Origin: Candidatus Obscuribacterales bacterium
GTDB taxonomy: Bacteria > Cyanobacteriota > Vampirovibrionia > Obscuribacterales > Obscuribacteraceae
DNA: 64,000 nucleotides
Assembly (NCBI GenBank): GCA_965228855.1
Contig: CBDDIJ010000005.1
Span: 672,001-736,000, forward strand
Direction of reading: 5' to 3'
Part shown: positions 30,201-40,201 of the stretch, piece by piece
How the letters are laid out: each line of letters starts with the position of its first letter
How positions within the stretch are numbered: position 1 is the stretch's first letter
Translations under genes and position numbers: made by a program
The notes under the pieces: model-generated
What the model saw: the letters and a program-made list of their open reading frames with translations, nothing else
What the model was told of the DNA's origin: nothing
Database searches by the model: none

Positions 30201-32051
30201 ATGGCTAAAGAGCCGCATGTCGACTCTGAATTTAAAGAACCAGATAAAGTGGTTTTGAAGACGTCCGAAGAGGCGTCATCTGCCGGAGCGCAACTATCGG
30301 ATGTGCCGGAGGGAATTTTCGCTGCAGAAACTGAAGCTTCAGAAAATGCCGCTGAAGCGATTTTAGAAGAAACGCAGTCTGACGGCACCCATTTACCTGC
30401 GGTATCGTCAGACGGTACGTCGCCACCTGAGCCTCCCTCGGATCCAGATTCGGAACCTTCCACAGTCGCCGGGGCGAAGCCGAAACGCGAGGGATTAGCG
30501 AAAACTTTCGGTCTAGTCGCGTTTCTCAACGTGATTTCAAAAGTTGTTGGACTCGTTCGCGACATCGTCGTTTTGCAGGTCTTCGGAACCTCACTGGTCA
30601 CAGACGCTTACTTTTATGGATATCAATTCACAGGCAACATTCTCGTTCTGTTCGGCGGTCTGGGCGGACCTTTTCACTCCGCCGGCGTTGCGGTTTTATC
30701 ATCGCAACCTGAGGGCGATGAGAAGCGGAAGCTCGTAGGACAGCTTTTGTTGCTCACATTTGCTGCGGGTTCTCTCATCTCAATCGCTCTGTATTTCGCA
30801 GCACCGTATCTGGTTCCAATCGTTTTCCCGGGCACGGGTCAACCATTAGCTGAACGGCAAAAACTCTGGGACGCCATCGTCGTTCAACTGCACTTCATGG
30901 TTCCCCTCATTCTCATCGCGGGTCTGGTCGGGCTTGGTGCGGGCATTTCTAATTCATATAAAGAGTTCACCTGGCCGTCTCTATCACCTGCGGTAGCCAG
31001 TATCGCGATTGTCGTTGCATGCTTGTTCTTCCCTGACCAAGCCGGTCTCTGCCTGGCGATAGGAACTTTAATCGGTGCGATTGGACAATTATTAGTTCAA
31101 ATTCCAGGCGCGCTACGCGCGAAACCGAAATTCGATTTCAGCTTCAAATGGCGTCCCGGTTTAAAAGAGTATCTCCTCATGATCGGACCCGCGGCAGTTG
31201 GAACGTCAATCGGCCAATTGAACGTCTTCACCGATAGCTTTTTCATCTCGTCTCTGGCGCCAGGAAGTTTAACAGCGTTGCAGAACGCGAACCGTTTATT
31301 ACAGTTGCCTCTGGGCGTGCTGCTAACCGCGATGCTGGTTCCCATCCTTCCGCGTTTCACTGAACAAGTCGTCGCAAACGAAATCGATGATTTAAAAGCA
31401 GAGTACAGAAAGGCGCTTCGCATCCTGTGGTTCACAGTCCTACCGCTGGTAACCATGCTGCTCGCGATTCCAAACCCAATCATCAAGTTGCTTTTTGAAC
31501 GCGGCCACTTCGATGCAAATTCGAGAGCGCTGGTCGTTCTAGGTCTAACTTACCTTGTGCCATCAGCATTCTTTTACGTTGCGCGTGATTTATTGACTCG
31601 CGTCTTCTACGCGCACAAAGACACACAGACTCCATTCAAAGTCGGACTCTGTTCGGTCGCCGTAAAAATGTGCGCCGACTACTTGCTCGTAGGTCCGCTG
31701 GGCATCGGCGGTATTGCGTTATCTACGACGCTCGTCACGATATTCAACATGACGCTCCTCTCTCATCTTTTGAGAAGAAAAATCGGACCACTTGGACTGA
31801 CCAGTTTAATTCGCCCTGCAATCATCATGCTCATAGGCTCCGTCGGCTGCGGATTTACAGCCTATTACGTTCAATCTTTCTTTGAAAACATGATCAAACT
31901 TCCAAGCGGCATCGGTGCATTCGCTAGCCTTGCGGTATCAATAGCGGTGGCAGGCGCAGCGGGTGTCACTGTCTTCGTCGGCGTCTGCCTGGCAGCGAAA
32001 CTGGAAGAGCCAAACCTAGTGCTCAAGCGGTTCATGCGAAAGCGGAAGTGA
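30201..32051 (+). CDS. murJ: Lipid II flippase MurJ (MviN) with acidic N-terminal extension
   Basis: SKVVGLVRDIV, GGLGGPFHSA, NRLLQLPLG, LFERGHFD, RVFYAHKDTQTP; many TM segments. Confidence 0.93.
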   Translation: MAKEPHVDSEFKEPDKVVLKTSEEASSAGAQLSDVPEGIFAAETEASENAAEAILEETQSDGTHLPAVSSDGTSPPEPPSDPDSEPSTVAGAKPKREGLAKTFGLVAFLNVISKVVGLVRDIVVLQVFGTSLVTDAYFYGYQFTGNILVLFGGLGGPFHSAGVAVLSSQPEGDEKRKLVGQLLLLTFAAGSLISIALYFAAPYLVPIVFPGTGQPLAERQKLWDAIVVQLHFMVPLILIAGLVGLGAGISNSYKEFTWPSLSPAVASIAIVVACLFFPDQAGLCLAIGTLIGAIGQLLVQIPGALRAKPKFDFSFKWRPGLKEYLLMIGPAAVGTSIGQLNVFTDSFFISSLAPGSLTALQNANRLLQLPLGVLLTAMLVPILPRFTEQVVANEIDDLKAEYRKALRILWFTVLPLVTMLLAIPNPIIKLLFERGHFDANSRALVVLGLTYLVPSAFFYVARDLLTRVFYAHKDTQTPFKVGLCSVAVKMCADYLLVGPLGIGGIALSTTLVTIFNMTLLSHLLRRKIGPLGLTSLIRPAIIMLIGSVGCGFTAYYVQSFFENMIKLPSGIGAFASLAVSIAVAGAAGVTVFVGVCLAAKLEEPNLVLKRFMRKRK

Positions 32052-32096
32052 GATTTGCGACTTTTGAACGACACTACTACTGGAGATCGATCAGGT

Positions 32097-33884
32097 TTAA
32101 AGACCCAGTCGATCTTTTGGTTTTGTACGAAAGAACGTTCTAATGGCCTTAGGCAGCCTAACATTCGCCCCCGCGAGAGGCCGATATTCAGGTCCACTTG
32201 CATTAAGCAGCTTGGTCACGAATTTGCGAAAGTGTCTCTCTGAATCATCGAGCTTTCCATCGCCTTGGAGAAGGCCGATTCGGAGGATGTCTGCTACAAG
32301 TGGCTTGTGAAGGACTTCCAAGTCGTGGACAATCGCCTCGACATCTTCCTTATTCTTCAGTTTCAAACTCACTCGCCCGCAACCATAGAGACCCTCGACC
32401 AGCGGAGCATCGTAATACTTGAGACTTGCGCGATAATCTTTTAGTGCAGTTGCGTACTCTAGATTTCGGCTGTCGCTATAGACCATCGCATCGGCTCGAC
32501 GTTCCATGAACAAGGCTCTCTTTTGGAGTCGCGTTCCAGTCGAGATTTTCTCCGGCATCGAGAATCTGTGGCTTCCTTTGACTAGCTTGTTATAGCCGTC
32601 TACGACCGCATCGCAGCCTTGTAGGCATACGGTTCCCCTGAGTAGACCAACCCGAGACCGCAAATTGTAGAAATCCTCGGCGGCTTGCTCTGCATTGTTT
32701 CTTTGAAGGTGACATATGATTCGTACCCCCAGGGTCTTCTCGTTGTCTGGATCCAGGGTCAACACCTTATTCAAATTGTCCAGCCAAAGCGGATCGATTC
32801 CCGCTTTCATTTGCCACAGACGGAGGTACGAGTCCTCATCAGTTGACACACCTAATTTTCGCAAAGATTCTTCGAAATCATCCAGCAGAAGTTTCGAATT
32901 CGCGCTGTCTTTCATAAGAAGGGCAAGTTGAGCAAGGACATAGTCGGTATAGATACTCATTCCCAACTGTTTCGCGTCACGCATACTCTTGGTGGCTTCC
33001 TCAAGTTGGTTTGTTTCGACGTTCCTGAGCGCCGCACCGTAGAGCTTGCGAAACCTGATTTCCTCTTCGCTTGGTTCAAAGATTGCTCTCGCAGCTTCAC
33101 TTACGGCAGCGTGCTGAGGACGAATTGTCCAGTCGCTCTTACAAAAAACTTCGGCCAGCGATTCCTGTAGATTGGTGGAACCATACAGGCCAATTTCCTC
33201 CCAACGAACGGGAAGCGTCATGCACCCAAGCAAGCCGCCACGTATCACTTCTCTCGTTGCGGCAATTCGTGGTTGAACATATTGAATCCAGGAGGATGTG
33301 TGACTGACGCGCCGCCCGACGTCAGCGATATGGACGAATTCATGCAAGATACTCGCTTCAGCTTGACCCGGATCTGTCTGGCCGGCTCGAAAGAATTGGT
33401 CAAAGAAAATTATTTCCTCAAAATTCGATTTAGCAATAGTCGACGCGATTTCATCGTCACGTTTCATCCTGACAAAACGAAGCGCACCATTACTCGACAG
33501 GCTTCTGAGAATGCCAGGATGCTTCCGCAAAATAAGTCCAATGCACCTTTGCACAAGCTGTTTTTCATCTTCTAACCAGCACTCTTCTTTTGACGTGCCG
33601 ACGCGCTTTTTGCTTTTTCGTGTCAGCGCCTCTTTTGGATCCCAAAAGATGAAATAGCGAGAGAAGGAAAATTCTTCTTGCTCCGGTTCATTAGTCGCAG
33701 ATCTCGTTGGTTCAGCGTTGAAGCACGAGGTTACAACACTGAATTTCTCATACGGAATCAAAGCATCAGATGCTTGGCTCACATCAGCGCAACAAAATAG
33801 ACCAGCGAATGCGAGGAATCCGAAGAATCCACTCGGGAGCTGTTCAAATCTACATTGGCTCTTCAATCTCGCAAGGTCCTTCAT
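32097..33884 (-). CDS. Secreted putative zinc metallopeptidase (HExxH) with TPR-like C-terminal region
   Basis: Hydrophobic N-terminal segment; ILHEFVHIAD followed by YGSTNLQESLAEVF; TPR-like helices (LNKVLTLDPDNEKTL). Confidence 0.6.
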   Translation of the reverse strand: MKDLARLKSQCRFEQLPSGFFGFLAFAGLFCCADVSQASDALIPYEKFSVVTSCFNAEPTRSATNEPEQEEFSFSRYFIFWDPKEALTRKSKKRVGTSKEECWLEDEKQLVQRCIGLILRKHPGILRSLSSNGALRFVRMKRDDEIASTIAKSNFEEIIFFDQFFRAGQTDPGQAEASILHEFVHIADVGRRVSHTSSWIQYVQPRIAATREVIRGGLLGCMTLPVRWEEIGLYGSTNLQESLAEVFCKSDWTIRPQHAAVSEAARAIFEPSEEEIRFRKLYGAALRNVETNQLEEATKSMRDAKQLGMSIYTDYVLAQLALLMKDSANSKLLLDDFEESLRKLGVSTDEDSYLRLWQMKAGIDPLWLDNLNKVLTLDPDNEKTLGVRIICHLQRNNAEQAAEDFYNLRSRVGLLRGTVCLQGCDAVVDGYNKLVKGSHRFSMPEKISTGTRLQKRALFMERRADAMVYSDSRNLEYATALKDYRASLKYYDAPLVEGLYGCGRVSLKLKNKEDVEAIVHDLEVLHKPLVADILRIGLLQGDGKLDDSERHFRKFVTKLLNASGPEYRPLAGANVRLPKAIRTFFRTKPKDRLGL

Positions 33885-34044
33885 CGCATCAGGTCAAGAG
33901 AGCTGATTTAGTCGAGACGGTTTTCCGCCACCTCCATCATATCGCCTATGCAGAATAAGTGCCCGACACCTAACCGGTGTTCCGCGTTTGGAATGTTTTG
34001 GCCCGGGTATTTTCTCAAAGGATGATTCCGGAGGAGCGGCTCTT

Positions 34045-34689
34045 ATGCCAGATTTCACGAGAAAAACACGACTATATCTGCTGGTTGCCACGGCGATGGG
34101 AACGCTGGCGATGCCTTCTTTTGCACAGAATCAAAATGCCGGCGGTGGGCTGGAAAATTCAGCCATCCAGGCTGGCGCGAATGACGTGCTTGGACAAAGA
34201 GTCCATCGTCAACATTTGCGTATAAATCATGCGCTAAAGAGCGGTTTAATTTCAGAAACTCAAGCAAAGGACTTGCGGGATACAGTCAACGGTATCGCCT
34301 CCGAGGTTCAAGCGCTAACACAGAAAAACGGTGGTTCCCTTAAGCCGGAAGAGCTGAAGCAGTTTGAAAATTCGCTCAATCAATCAAGCGAGCAGATTCG
34401 CACTGTCGCGGAAGCGGGAAATGCGACGGTTCAGTCAGGAAAAGTTTTGGGGCCGACATGGAAGAAAGGTCCCGACGGCGCCCAAAATCCGAAGAGTCTG
34501 CTTCAACAAATGAAGCGCGAGAATAAGCGCGAGTTACGGCAAGAGCGCCAGAATACCGAACAGAAAATCGAGCAACAACAGTTGCAGTACGAAAGAGAGA
34601 TGGTCGAACATTTGGGCGAGCAAAAACAGGACATCCTTAAGGGCAAGGAAGATCTTAAGGATGTCCGCAAAGAATCCGGCGCCGATTAA
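34045..34689 (+). CDS. Secreted helical/coiled-coil hypothetical protein
   Basis: ATG 34045 with GGAGGAG SD; signal peptide ending PSFA-Q; RINHALKSGLISETQA..GGSLKPEE..LNQSS motif; Q/E-rich coiled coil. Confidence 0.75.
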   Translation: MPDFTRKTRLYLLVATAMGTLAMPSFAQNQNAGGGLENSAIQAGANDVLGQRVHRQHLRINHALKSGLISETQAKDLRDTVNGIASEVQALTQKNGGSLKPEELKQFENSLNQSSEQIRTVAEAGNATVQSGKVLGPTWKKGPDGAQNPKSLLQQMKRENKRELRQERQNTEQKIEQQQLQYEREMVEHLGEQKQDILKGKEDLKDVRKESGAD

Positions 34690-34784
34690 ACGCCGTTTCT
34701 TTTACGTTACGATACTCGAACAGTGCGCATCAGGACTCGATCAACAAAAGTGTTCCACTAGTAAATTTTTGATCTGGTTTGTTA

Positions 34785-35303
34785 TTAAACCAAAACAGGT
34801 TGTTGAACTTTTTGTTGGCGAGTGTTCGCGAGTTCTTTCATCGAGAATCTATAGATTCGCGTCGAAGGATCCACAGTAGGCTCTTTCGGCGCTTGCCATG
34901 GTGCTTCGGGCACGACTGGAGTCGCGACTAAAACACTGCTATCGATGGAAGGTTTCTTTGCGGGTCCCGAAAAGGCCACGCATGCTTTGCTGGCTTCACG
35001 TCTGTCTCTCGACGACGCGGTAGCGGCAGCGTCCTGGACGCGCTTATTTTGAGCGCGTTGTTCGCGCTCCATATTGGCGAGCATCTCGTCAATTTCAAGG
35101 CTGCGTTTCCACAACGCCTTGATCTTGGCGCGACGTATTATTGCTTTCCTAACTCTCCAGGTGGCGTAGCCCACACCTGCAACTACGAATGAAAGCAAGA
35201 CAACTTGCCAGCTCGCAGTTACGAGATGATAAGACACTCCCGCCACGAGGATCAGCGAACCGAGCGTTTGAAGAAACATAATCGGTGATCCTTGTAGGGT
35301 CAC
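34785..35303 (-). CDS. Hypothetical membrane protein (2 TM plus coiled coil)
   Basis: Two N-terminal hydrophobic helices then a basic/coiled-coil tail; start may be ATG 35279. Confidence 0.6.
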   Translation of the reverse strand: MTLQGSPIMFLQTLGSLILVAGVSYHLVTASWQVVLLSFVVAGVGYATWRVRKAIIRRAKIKALWKRSLEIDEMLANMEREQRAQNKRVQDAAATASSRDRREASKACVAFSGPAKKPSIDSSVLVATPVVPEAPWQAPKEPTVDPSTRIYRFSMKELANTRQQKVQQPVLV

Positions 35304-35438
35304 AAGTGACGATATTCGATTTTAAGAGCGAAGTAGATATACGATACATCTATACAAGGCGTTTGAACAGCCCCTGAAGGACAGATAATCGAGTGAATTT
35401 TCAATTTTTTTCGAAAGCTGGAAGTGGGTTTCGAGGAA

Positions 35439-37499
35439 TTATGACTTCACGCCCGCGACGAGAGTGGCTCTGTGCCAGGCTTGCCAGCGAGTGGCTCGTT
35501 TTATCCGCTCCCGTAAAGCGAGCAAACCGGCCTCTTTCGAATTCTTAGTTACGCCCTCGTGGGGGAGCGTCAAAAGTTCTTTTGCCAGACCAACAGCAGC
35601 CTGCGCATCGCTCCCATCGTTCATGAGGGACTGCAGATAATTTCTAGCGGTATCACTGGCGATGCCAAAGCCGATCTTCTTACTTAGCATAAGAAGCGCG
35701 GCAAGGAAGAGAGGATCCGCTTTTTCGTTAGAAATTGATAGCGTCGACAAAATAATTTCTAGTGCATGCTGAACGACTTGCGCATGCAGGGGACTGGCGA
35801 GCGCCACCGTTTGGAGCCCTTCCAGCCAGAGAGTGGATAGCAGGTCGGATCTGTGGTCGGCGATAGTGGTACCAATCATGACACCATCAATTCGCCCGTC
35901 CTGAATGGCGCGGTTCAGAATTTTTACAGACACCGACCTCGCCTCGCCGCTCACAGCGTTGAGTGCGTAAACCAGCGCATGGATCGCCATGTCACCAACA
36001 GGCAAATCAGGATCATAAAGAGATTCCCAACCATCTTCCTGCCAGTAATTGTTGTTGCTATCACGCGATTCGGAGGCGGCCCGGAACTGCCGAGCCCAGA
36101 AGACTTCCGTGCAGAGAGGCGATTTGATGTTGCCGATATCCATGTCGCCGATAAGCGCGACTTGCTCGTGGGTCCCAGGTCGCAGTCGTAAATAATCCTC
36201 TATAAGGATTGCGCTGGGTGAATTATATGACGAAGGTGACAAACATCTGCTTATCTCGGGATGCTCTCGAGCGGAGAGTTTGACTTTCATGCAAAATGGC
36301 TCTGTAAGGGGCGCTCGAGCCCTAAATGCAGCGACCCATAATGGAATATTTTCTCCAAAACTCTCATCGTCGGAACCGAGAGCATACCGCAAAGCGCTTG
36401 CGAACTCGCCCTTGAGAGGTGCGGCATCTGATAATGCCTCATCACGATGCTCCGGGGCAATGCGCAGTAGGGATTGCACTTGCTCCAAGAGCGAAGTGTC
36501 ATTGTCAATATCGGCTATTCTGGCGGCTCTTTGAACAAGCACCCGCGGATCGATCCAGAAACCGGCGTGCGTCGGAGTGGCCAACAGATTTACGTTCCGT
36601 CCGCTCGCAACCCGGCTAGCAACAGCGATTACACGCTTGTGCACAAGGTTTTCGAAGAACTGCTCCTTCTCAGGCTCGACACCGAATGCCCAGGCTAGAG
36701 AGACTGCAGAAAGAAAACCGCCATCGTTTTTTGCGCGCGCGTGCAGGGCGGCCAGGCGAGCCTCCCAGTAATCTCCCTCTGCAGGCGGCTTTGGAGAATG
36801 GACAACACCATCAAGCACCCGTTCGATCTCAGCCTCTGATAATTGCATGTTGAAACCGCGCATCAAGATATCCAGCGTCTCATCGGGATCTCGCAGCGGT
36901 TTCGGTCTAGAACCTGGATCAAGCCGGATAACATCCATGGCTTCAAATGTGGTGGCAGGTATCAGGCGACGATTGCCCAAAGCAGCTTCTAAAGCTTCAT
37001 CGCATCCCGCCAGCTTTCGCCAGCGAGCATCTAAATGCTGATACTGTTGAACCAATTCATCCTGGTCGATGGAACCAGTACTGATAATAAACTCTTTTGG
37101 CGAAACAGGCTTATCACCATCAGCGGTGGCAAGCAATGCCTCAGCGGCGGCCCGCTGGGATGACGCAATCAGGTCGAGCCGCTGGCGGAGCTCTTCGGCA
37201 AAGGCCGGATCGAGAGGCTGAGAAAAACGTTTAAGTAAATCCATTGCTCTGGCATGCACGTCAGGCGAATCGTTTTCAAACGCGTACAACGCCGTACTCA
37301 CCATCAGCCTTGACTGAAGCTGATCTCGCGTTGCCTCGCAAACCAACTTCAAAATCTCGAGTGCTTTGCACACGACACTTTCATTCGAGGTGCTGAAAAT
37401 CATCGGCAATTCAGCGACAATCTCGGCAGCCGACATCGAGTTAACAAGTTCACGCTTGTCCAGCGCATCGCTCTGCAGAATTTCAGCCAGGTCGACCAT
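35439..37499 (-). CDS. Helical repeat hypothetical protein, DUF6493-like
   Basis: LLATPTHAGFWIDPRVLVQR..QSLLRIAP, ALRYALG, IQDGRIDG, SPLHA motifs recalled from DUF6493-type proteins; GAGGG SD. Confidence 0.55.
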   Translation of the reverse strand: MVDLAEILQSDALDKRELVNSMSAAEIVAELPMIFSTSNESVVCKALEILKLVCEATRDQLQSRLMVSTALYAFENDSPDVHARAMDLLKRFSQPLDPAFAEELRQRLDLIASSQRAAAEALLATADGDKPVSPKEFIISTGSIDQDELVQQYQHLDARWRKLAGCDEALEAALGNRRLIPATTFEAMDVIRLDPGSRPKPLRDPDETLDILMRGFNMQLSEAEIERVLDGVVHSPKPPAEGDYWEARLAALHARAKNDGGFLSAVSLAWAFGVEPEKEQFFENLVHKRVIAVASRVASGRNVNLLATPTHAGFWIDPRVLVQRAARIADIDNDTSLLEQVQSLLRIAPEHRDEALSDAAPLKGEFASALRYALGSDDESFGENIPLWVAAFRARAPLTEPFCMKVKLSAREHPEISRCLSPSSYNSPSAILIEDYLRLRPGTHEQVALIGDMDIGNIKSPLCTEVFWARQFRAASESRDSNNNYWQEDGWESLYDPDLPVGDMAIHALVYALNAVSGEARSVSVKILNRAIQDGRIDGVMIGTTIADHRSDLLSTLWLEGLQTVALASPLHAQVVQHALEIILSTLSISNEKADPLFLAALLMLSKKIGFGIASDTARNYLQSLMNDGSDAQAAVGLAKELLTLPHEGVTKNSKEAGLLALRERIKRATRWQAWHRATLVAGVKS

Positions 37500-37611
37500 G
37501 ATTCCCTCGAAGCTGCTGTAAGAATTGTGCCCGGCACAACTTCTCGCCTCTCCTCACATAACCGGCAATAATATCCGATAAACAACCAATGCGGCTATAC
37601 AGTCTGGTTGG

Positions 37612-38334
37612 CTACCACGGTAATTCCTTACTTTTGTCGTAAGCGTCAGACTGTTGCGGCGGCGGCGTTTGCTCATAAGACGGTTGCTGCTGAATCTGAG
37701 CAGGCGGTTGTTGTTGGCTCTGTTCGTACTGCTGGTATGCCGGTTGCCCCCCACTCATATCCGCTTGCCCGCTGGGAGCTTGCACCGCTTGCTCGGCGGA
37801 GCTTCCGAAACTGCCACCGTCGGGCTGCTCCCCGTTCGAAAGCTCTTGCATTTTGACACTTTCCCACATCGACCCGTCGCTATACTTAACCTGCAAGACG
37901 CGAATTTGAAAGCTGGCTATATTAGGACTAAGACCGCCCTCGCGTTTCCACTTGTGCGAACGGCTGGCTCCCGGCGAGAGTGGATAGGCGTCGGGCGCGT
38001 GGAATGTACCTCTATCTTTGTTGGCGGAGTCGCTGAACCGGCAGCGAAATTTGACCGCAGCTACGGGTCTGGAAGAATTATTCTGATAAGTGAGGTATAT
38101 TTTTGAAGCTGTCGGCGCACCGAATGGGTCAATCTCCAGAACGCTGCGCACACTGGTCAAACCGACCGGACAGCCCTGCTCCGGATAAAAGTCTGCTTGC
38201 AGAACTCTTTCCGGATTTGACTGCGCGAGACATGGCTTCAAATCACCGACAGGAATCAAGATCATCGTGAACGCAAACAATAATCCAGGAAATTTGGGAA
38301 GAACCCTGCCTCTTGGCTTGGTCGGTTTATTCAT
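37612..38334 (-). CDS. Secreted hypothetical protein, Ig-like domain plus Q/P-rich tail
   Basis: ATG 38334 with GAGGAG SD; signal MNKPTKPRGRVLPKFPGLLFAFTMILIPVGDLKPCLA-Q; YQNNSSRPVAAVKF...VLQVKYSDGSMWE. Confidence 0.75.
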   Translation of the reverse strand: MNKPTKPRGRVLPKFPGLLFAFTMILIPVGDLKPCLAQSNPERVLQADFYPEQGCPVGLTSVRSVLEIDPFGAPTASKIYLTYQNNSSRPVAAVKFRCRFSDSANKDRGTFHAPDAYPLSPGASRSHKWKREGGLSPNIASFQIRVLQVKYSDGSMWESVKMQELSNGEQPDGGSFGSSAEQAVQAPSGQADMSGGQPAYQQYEQSQQQPPAQIQQQPSYEQTPPPQQSDAYDKSKELPW

Positions 38335-40201
38335 CGGGACGTTACTCCTCATCCTATTCAGCTTTGCAAGCGTCTCTGCCGCAGAGAAGAACAAGAACTT
38401 TACTCTTACCATAATACATACGAATGATCTACATGCTCATGAAGAGCCGTTTCTCGACAAAGGCAAAGTAGTCGGCGGCTGGGCAGGCGTCGGCCAAATC
38501 ATTCGCAATTGGAAAAAGCAGTATCCGGACGCGGTAGTTTGCGACGGCGGAGATATGTTTCAAGGCTCGATGCTCTATAGCAAATTCAAGGGCGACGTCG
38601 AAGTCAATCTTTTGAACAAGATGGGATATGACGTTTTCACTATCGGCAATCATGAGTTCGACGATGGTTCCGCAAATTTGGCACAGCAACTGGCCAAAGC
38701 AAAATTCGACATCATCAGCGCAAACCTCGACCCTACAGCTGTGCCTGAGTTGGATAAACTCGTAAAACCTTCAGTGGTTAAAACGGTTAATGGAAAGAAG
38801 ATCGCGTTTGTCGGAGGGGTTACACCGGATCTGGAATCGGTTTCAAAAAACACGCTGCAAGGTGTCAAACTGAAAGCGCTGGGAGCCGATTGGTACCAAC
38901 CGATCAAACAAGAAGTCGAACGGCTTCAAGCCCAGGGTCTCGATAAAATAATCCTGGTTACGCACTGCGGCGTCAAATGTGAAAAGGAGCTAGCGGAACG
39001 AATTCCCGGTGTTGATGCCATAATCGGCGGACACAGTCACACGCGATTGGAACGTCCACTGTTGATCAAACACGAAGATGGCACAACAACGACGGTAGTA
39101 CAGACCGGCTGCTACGGTAGAGCGGTCGGGTTGTTGCAACTGAGTTTTGACGACAACGGTGTTGTGCGTCAGTCTAAATACGGACTGACTGACGTGACGT
39201 CGAAAACGGCTCAGGCTCCGGACTTGAAGGAGTACATCGACAAAGTTTCGGAACCGTTTGCCAAATCGAACAAAGAAATTCTATCGACGGCTACACAGTA
39301 TTTCGAGAAGAAAAACTCGCTTTGCGACACGTCCATGGGCGATATCGTTTGTGATTCGATCGTCGACTCCGGCAAAGAGTACGGCACCACCATGGCGTTT
39401 CAAAATCGAGGTGGCATACGGGGAGTTTTGCAAAAAGGTCCTATAAGCGTTGCTCAGGTGGAACAGGTCCTGCCGTTCGAGAACTATGTGGTTTATGCCA
39501 CCGTTACCGGCGACATCGTCAAACGAGTTATTGAACACAGTCTGATTGGAGATGGTCCTGATGGTCATTTTGCCGACGTCAGCGGAGTGAAGATCATTTG
39601 GGACAAATCAAAGCCCGACGGTCAGCGCGTGCTGATGATTCTGGCAAATGACGGGAAGGGCAATTTCAAGCCTCTCGACGACAAGGCAACTTACAAAATA
39701 GCCATGAACCACTACAATTTTGAAGGTGGCGAGAGTTACGATTTTAAGGGTGCGACGAACATCGAGAAGTCGAAACTGCGCATGGCTGACGTCATGACAG
39801 CGTACCTGCGCAAACACCCATCAATAACTCCGATGAAACCAAATCGCATCGTTTGTGTAAAGGATGGAGCACTTTCAATTCGAAACAATGGCAATTTGAA
39901 GACCATATCAATGAAAGACGCGCCAGCTTCGGCTCGTATCACAATTGCCGGTGGCACCGGTCCTGGTGTCAGTACTATATATAGTGCTTTTCCAGTTCCG
40001 CTTGCAAATGCGCAAGTGCTCAAGACCGGGCTAAAAGCCAACGAGAATGGGATATTCGAGTGGAAAGACATTCAGAAGTTGGCACAGCTTTATAAGGGAA
40101 CGAAAGGAAAGGATGAAGCAACCTGGATAACCGTCGTAGCACATCCAGCTCGCGGAGGGAATGGTCACACGGTCATCGCCGCGCCGATTTCGATAAAGTA
40201 A
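38267..40201 (+). CDS. 5'-nucleotidase / bifunctional metallophosphoesterase (UshA-like), secreted
   Basis: IIHTNDLHAH, DGGDMFQGS, IGNHEFDDG, VTHCG, IIGGHSHT, NRGGIR, VLPFEN; signal peptide ending SVSA-AE; start at 38267, 38294 or 38318. Confidence 0.9.
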   Translation: MNANNNPGNLGRTLPLGLVGLFIGTLLLILFSFASVSAAEKNKNFTLTIIHTNDLHAHEEPFLDKGKVVGGWAGVGQIIRNWKKQYPDAVVCDGGDMFQGSMLYSKFKGDVEVNLLNKMGYDVFTIGNHEFDDGSANLAQQLAKAKFDIISANLDPTAVPELDKLVKPSVVKTVNGKKIAFVGGVTPDLESVSKNTLQGVKLKALGADWYQPIKQEVERLQAQGLDKIILVTHCGVKCEKELAERIPGVDAIIGGHSHTRLERPLLIKHEDGTTTTVVQTGCYGRAVGLLQLSFDDNGVVRQSKYGLTDVTSKTAQAPDLKEYIDKVSEPFAKSNKEILSTATQYFEKKNSLCDTSMGDIVCDSIVDSGKEYGTTMAFQNRGGIRGVLQKGPISVAQVEQVLPFENYVVYATVTGDIVKRVIEHSLIGDGPDGHFADVSGVKIIWDKSKPDGQRVLMILANDGKGNFKPLDDKATYKIAMNHYNFEGGESYDFKGATNIEKSKLRMADVMTAYLRKHPSITPMKPNRIVCVKDGALSIRNNGNLKTISMKDAPASARITIAGGTGPGVSTIYSAFPVPLANAQVLKTGLKANENGIFEWKDIQKLAQLYKGTKGKDEATWITVVAHPARGGNGHTVIAAPISIK

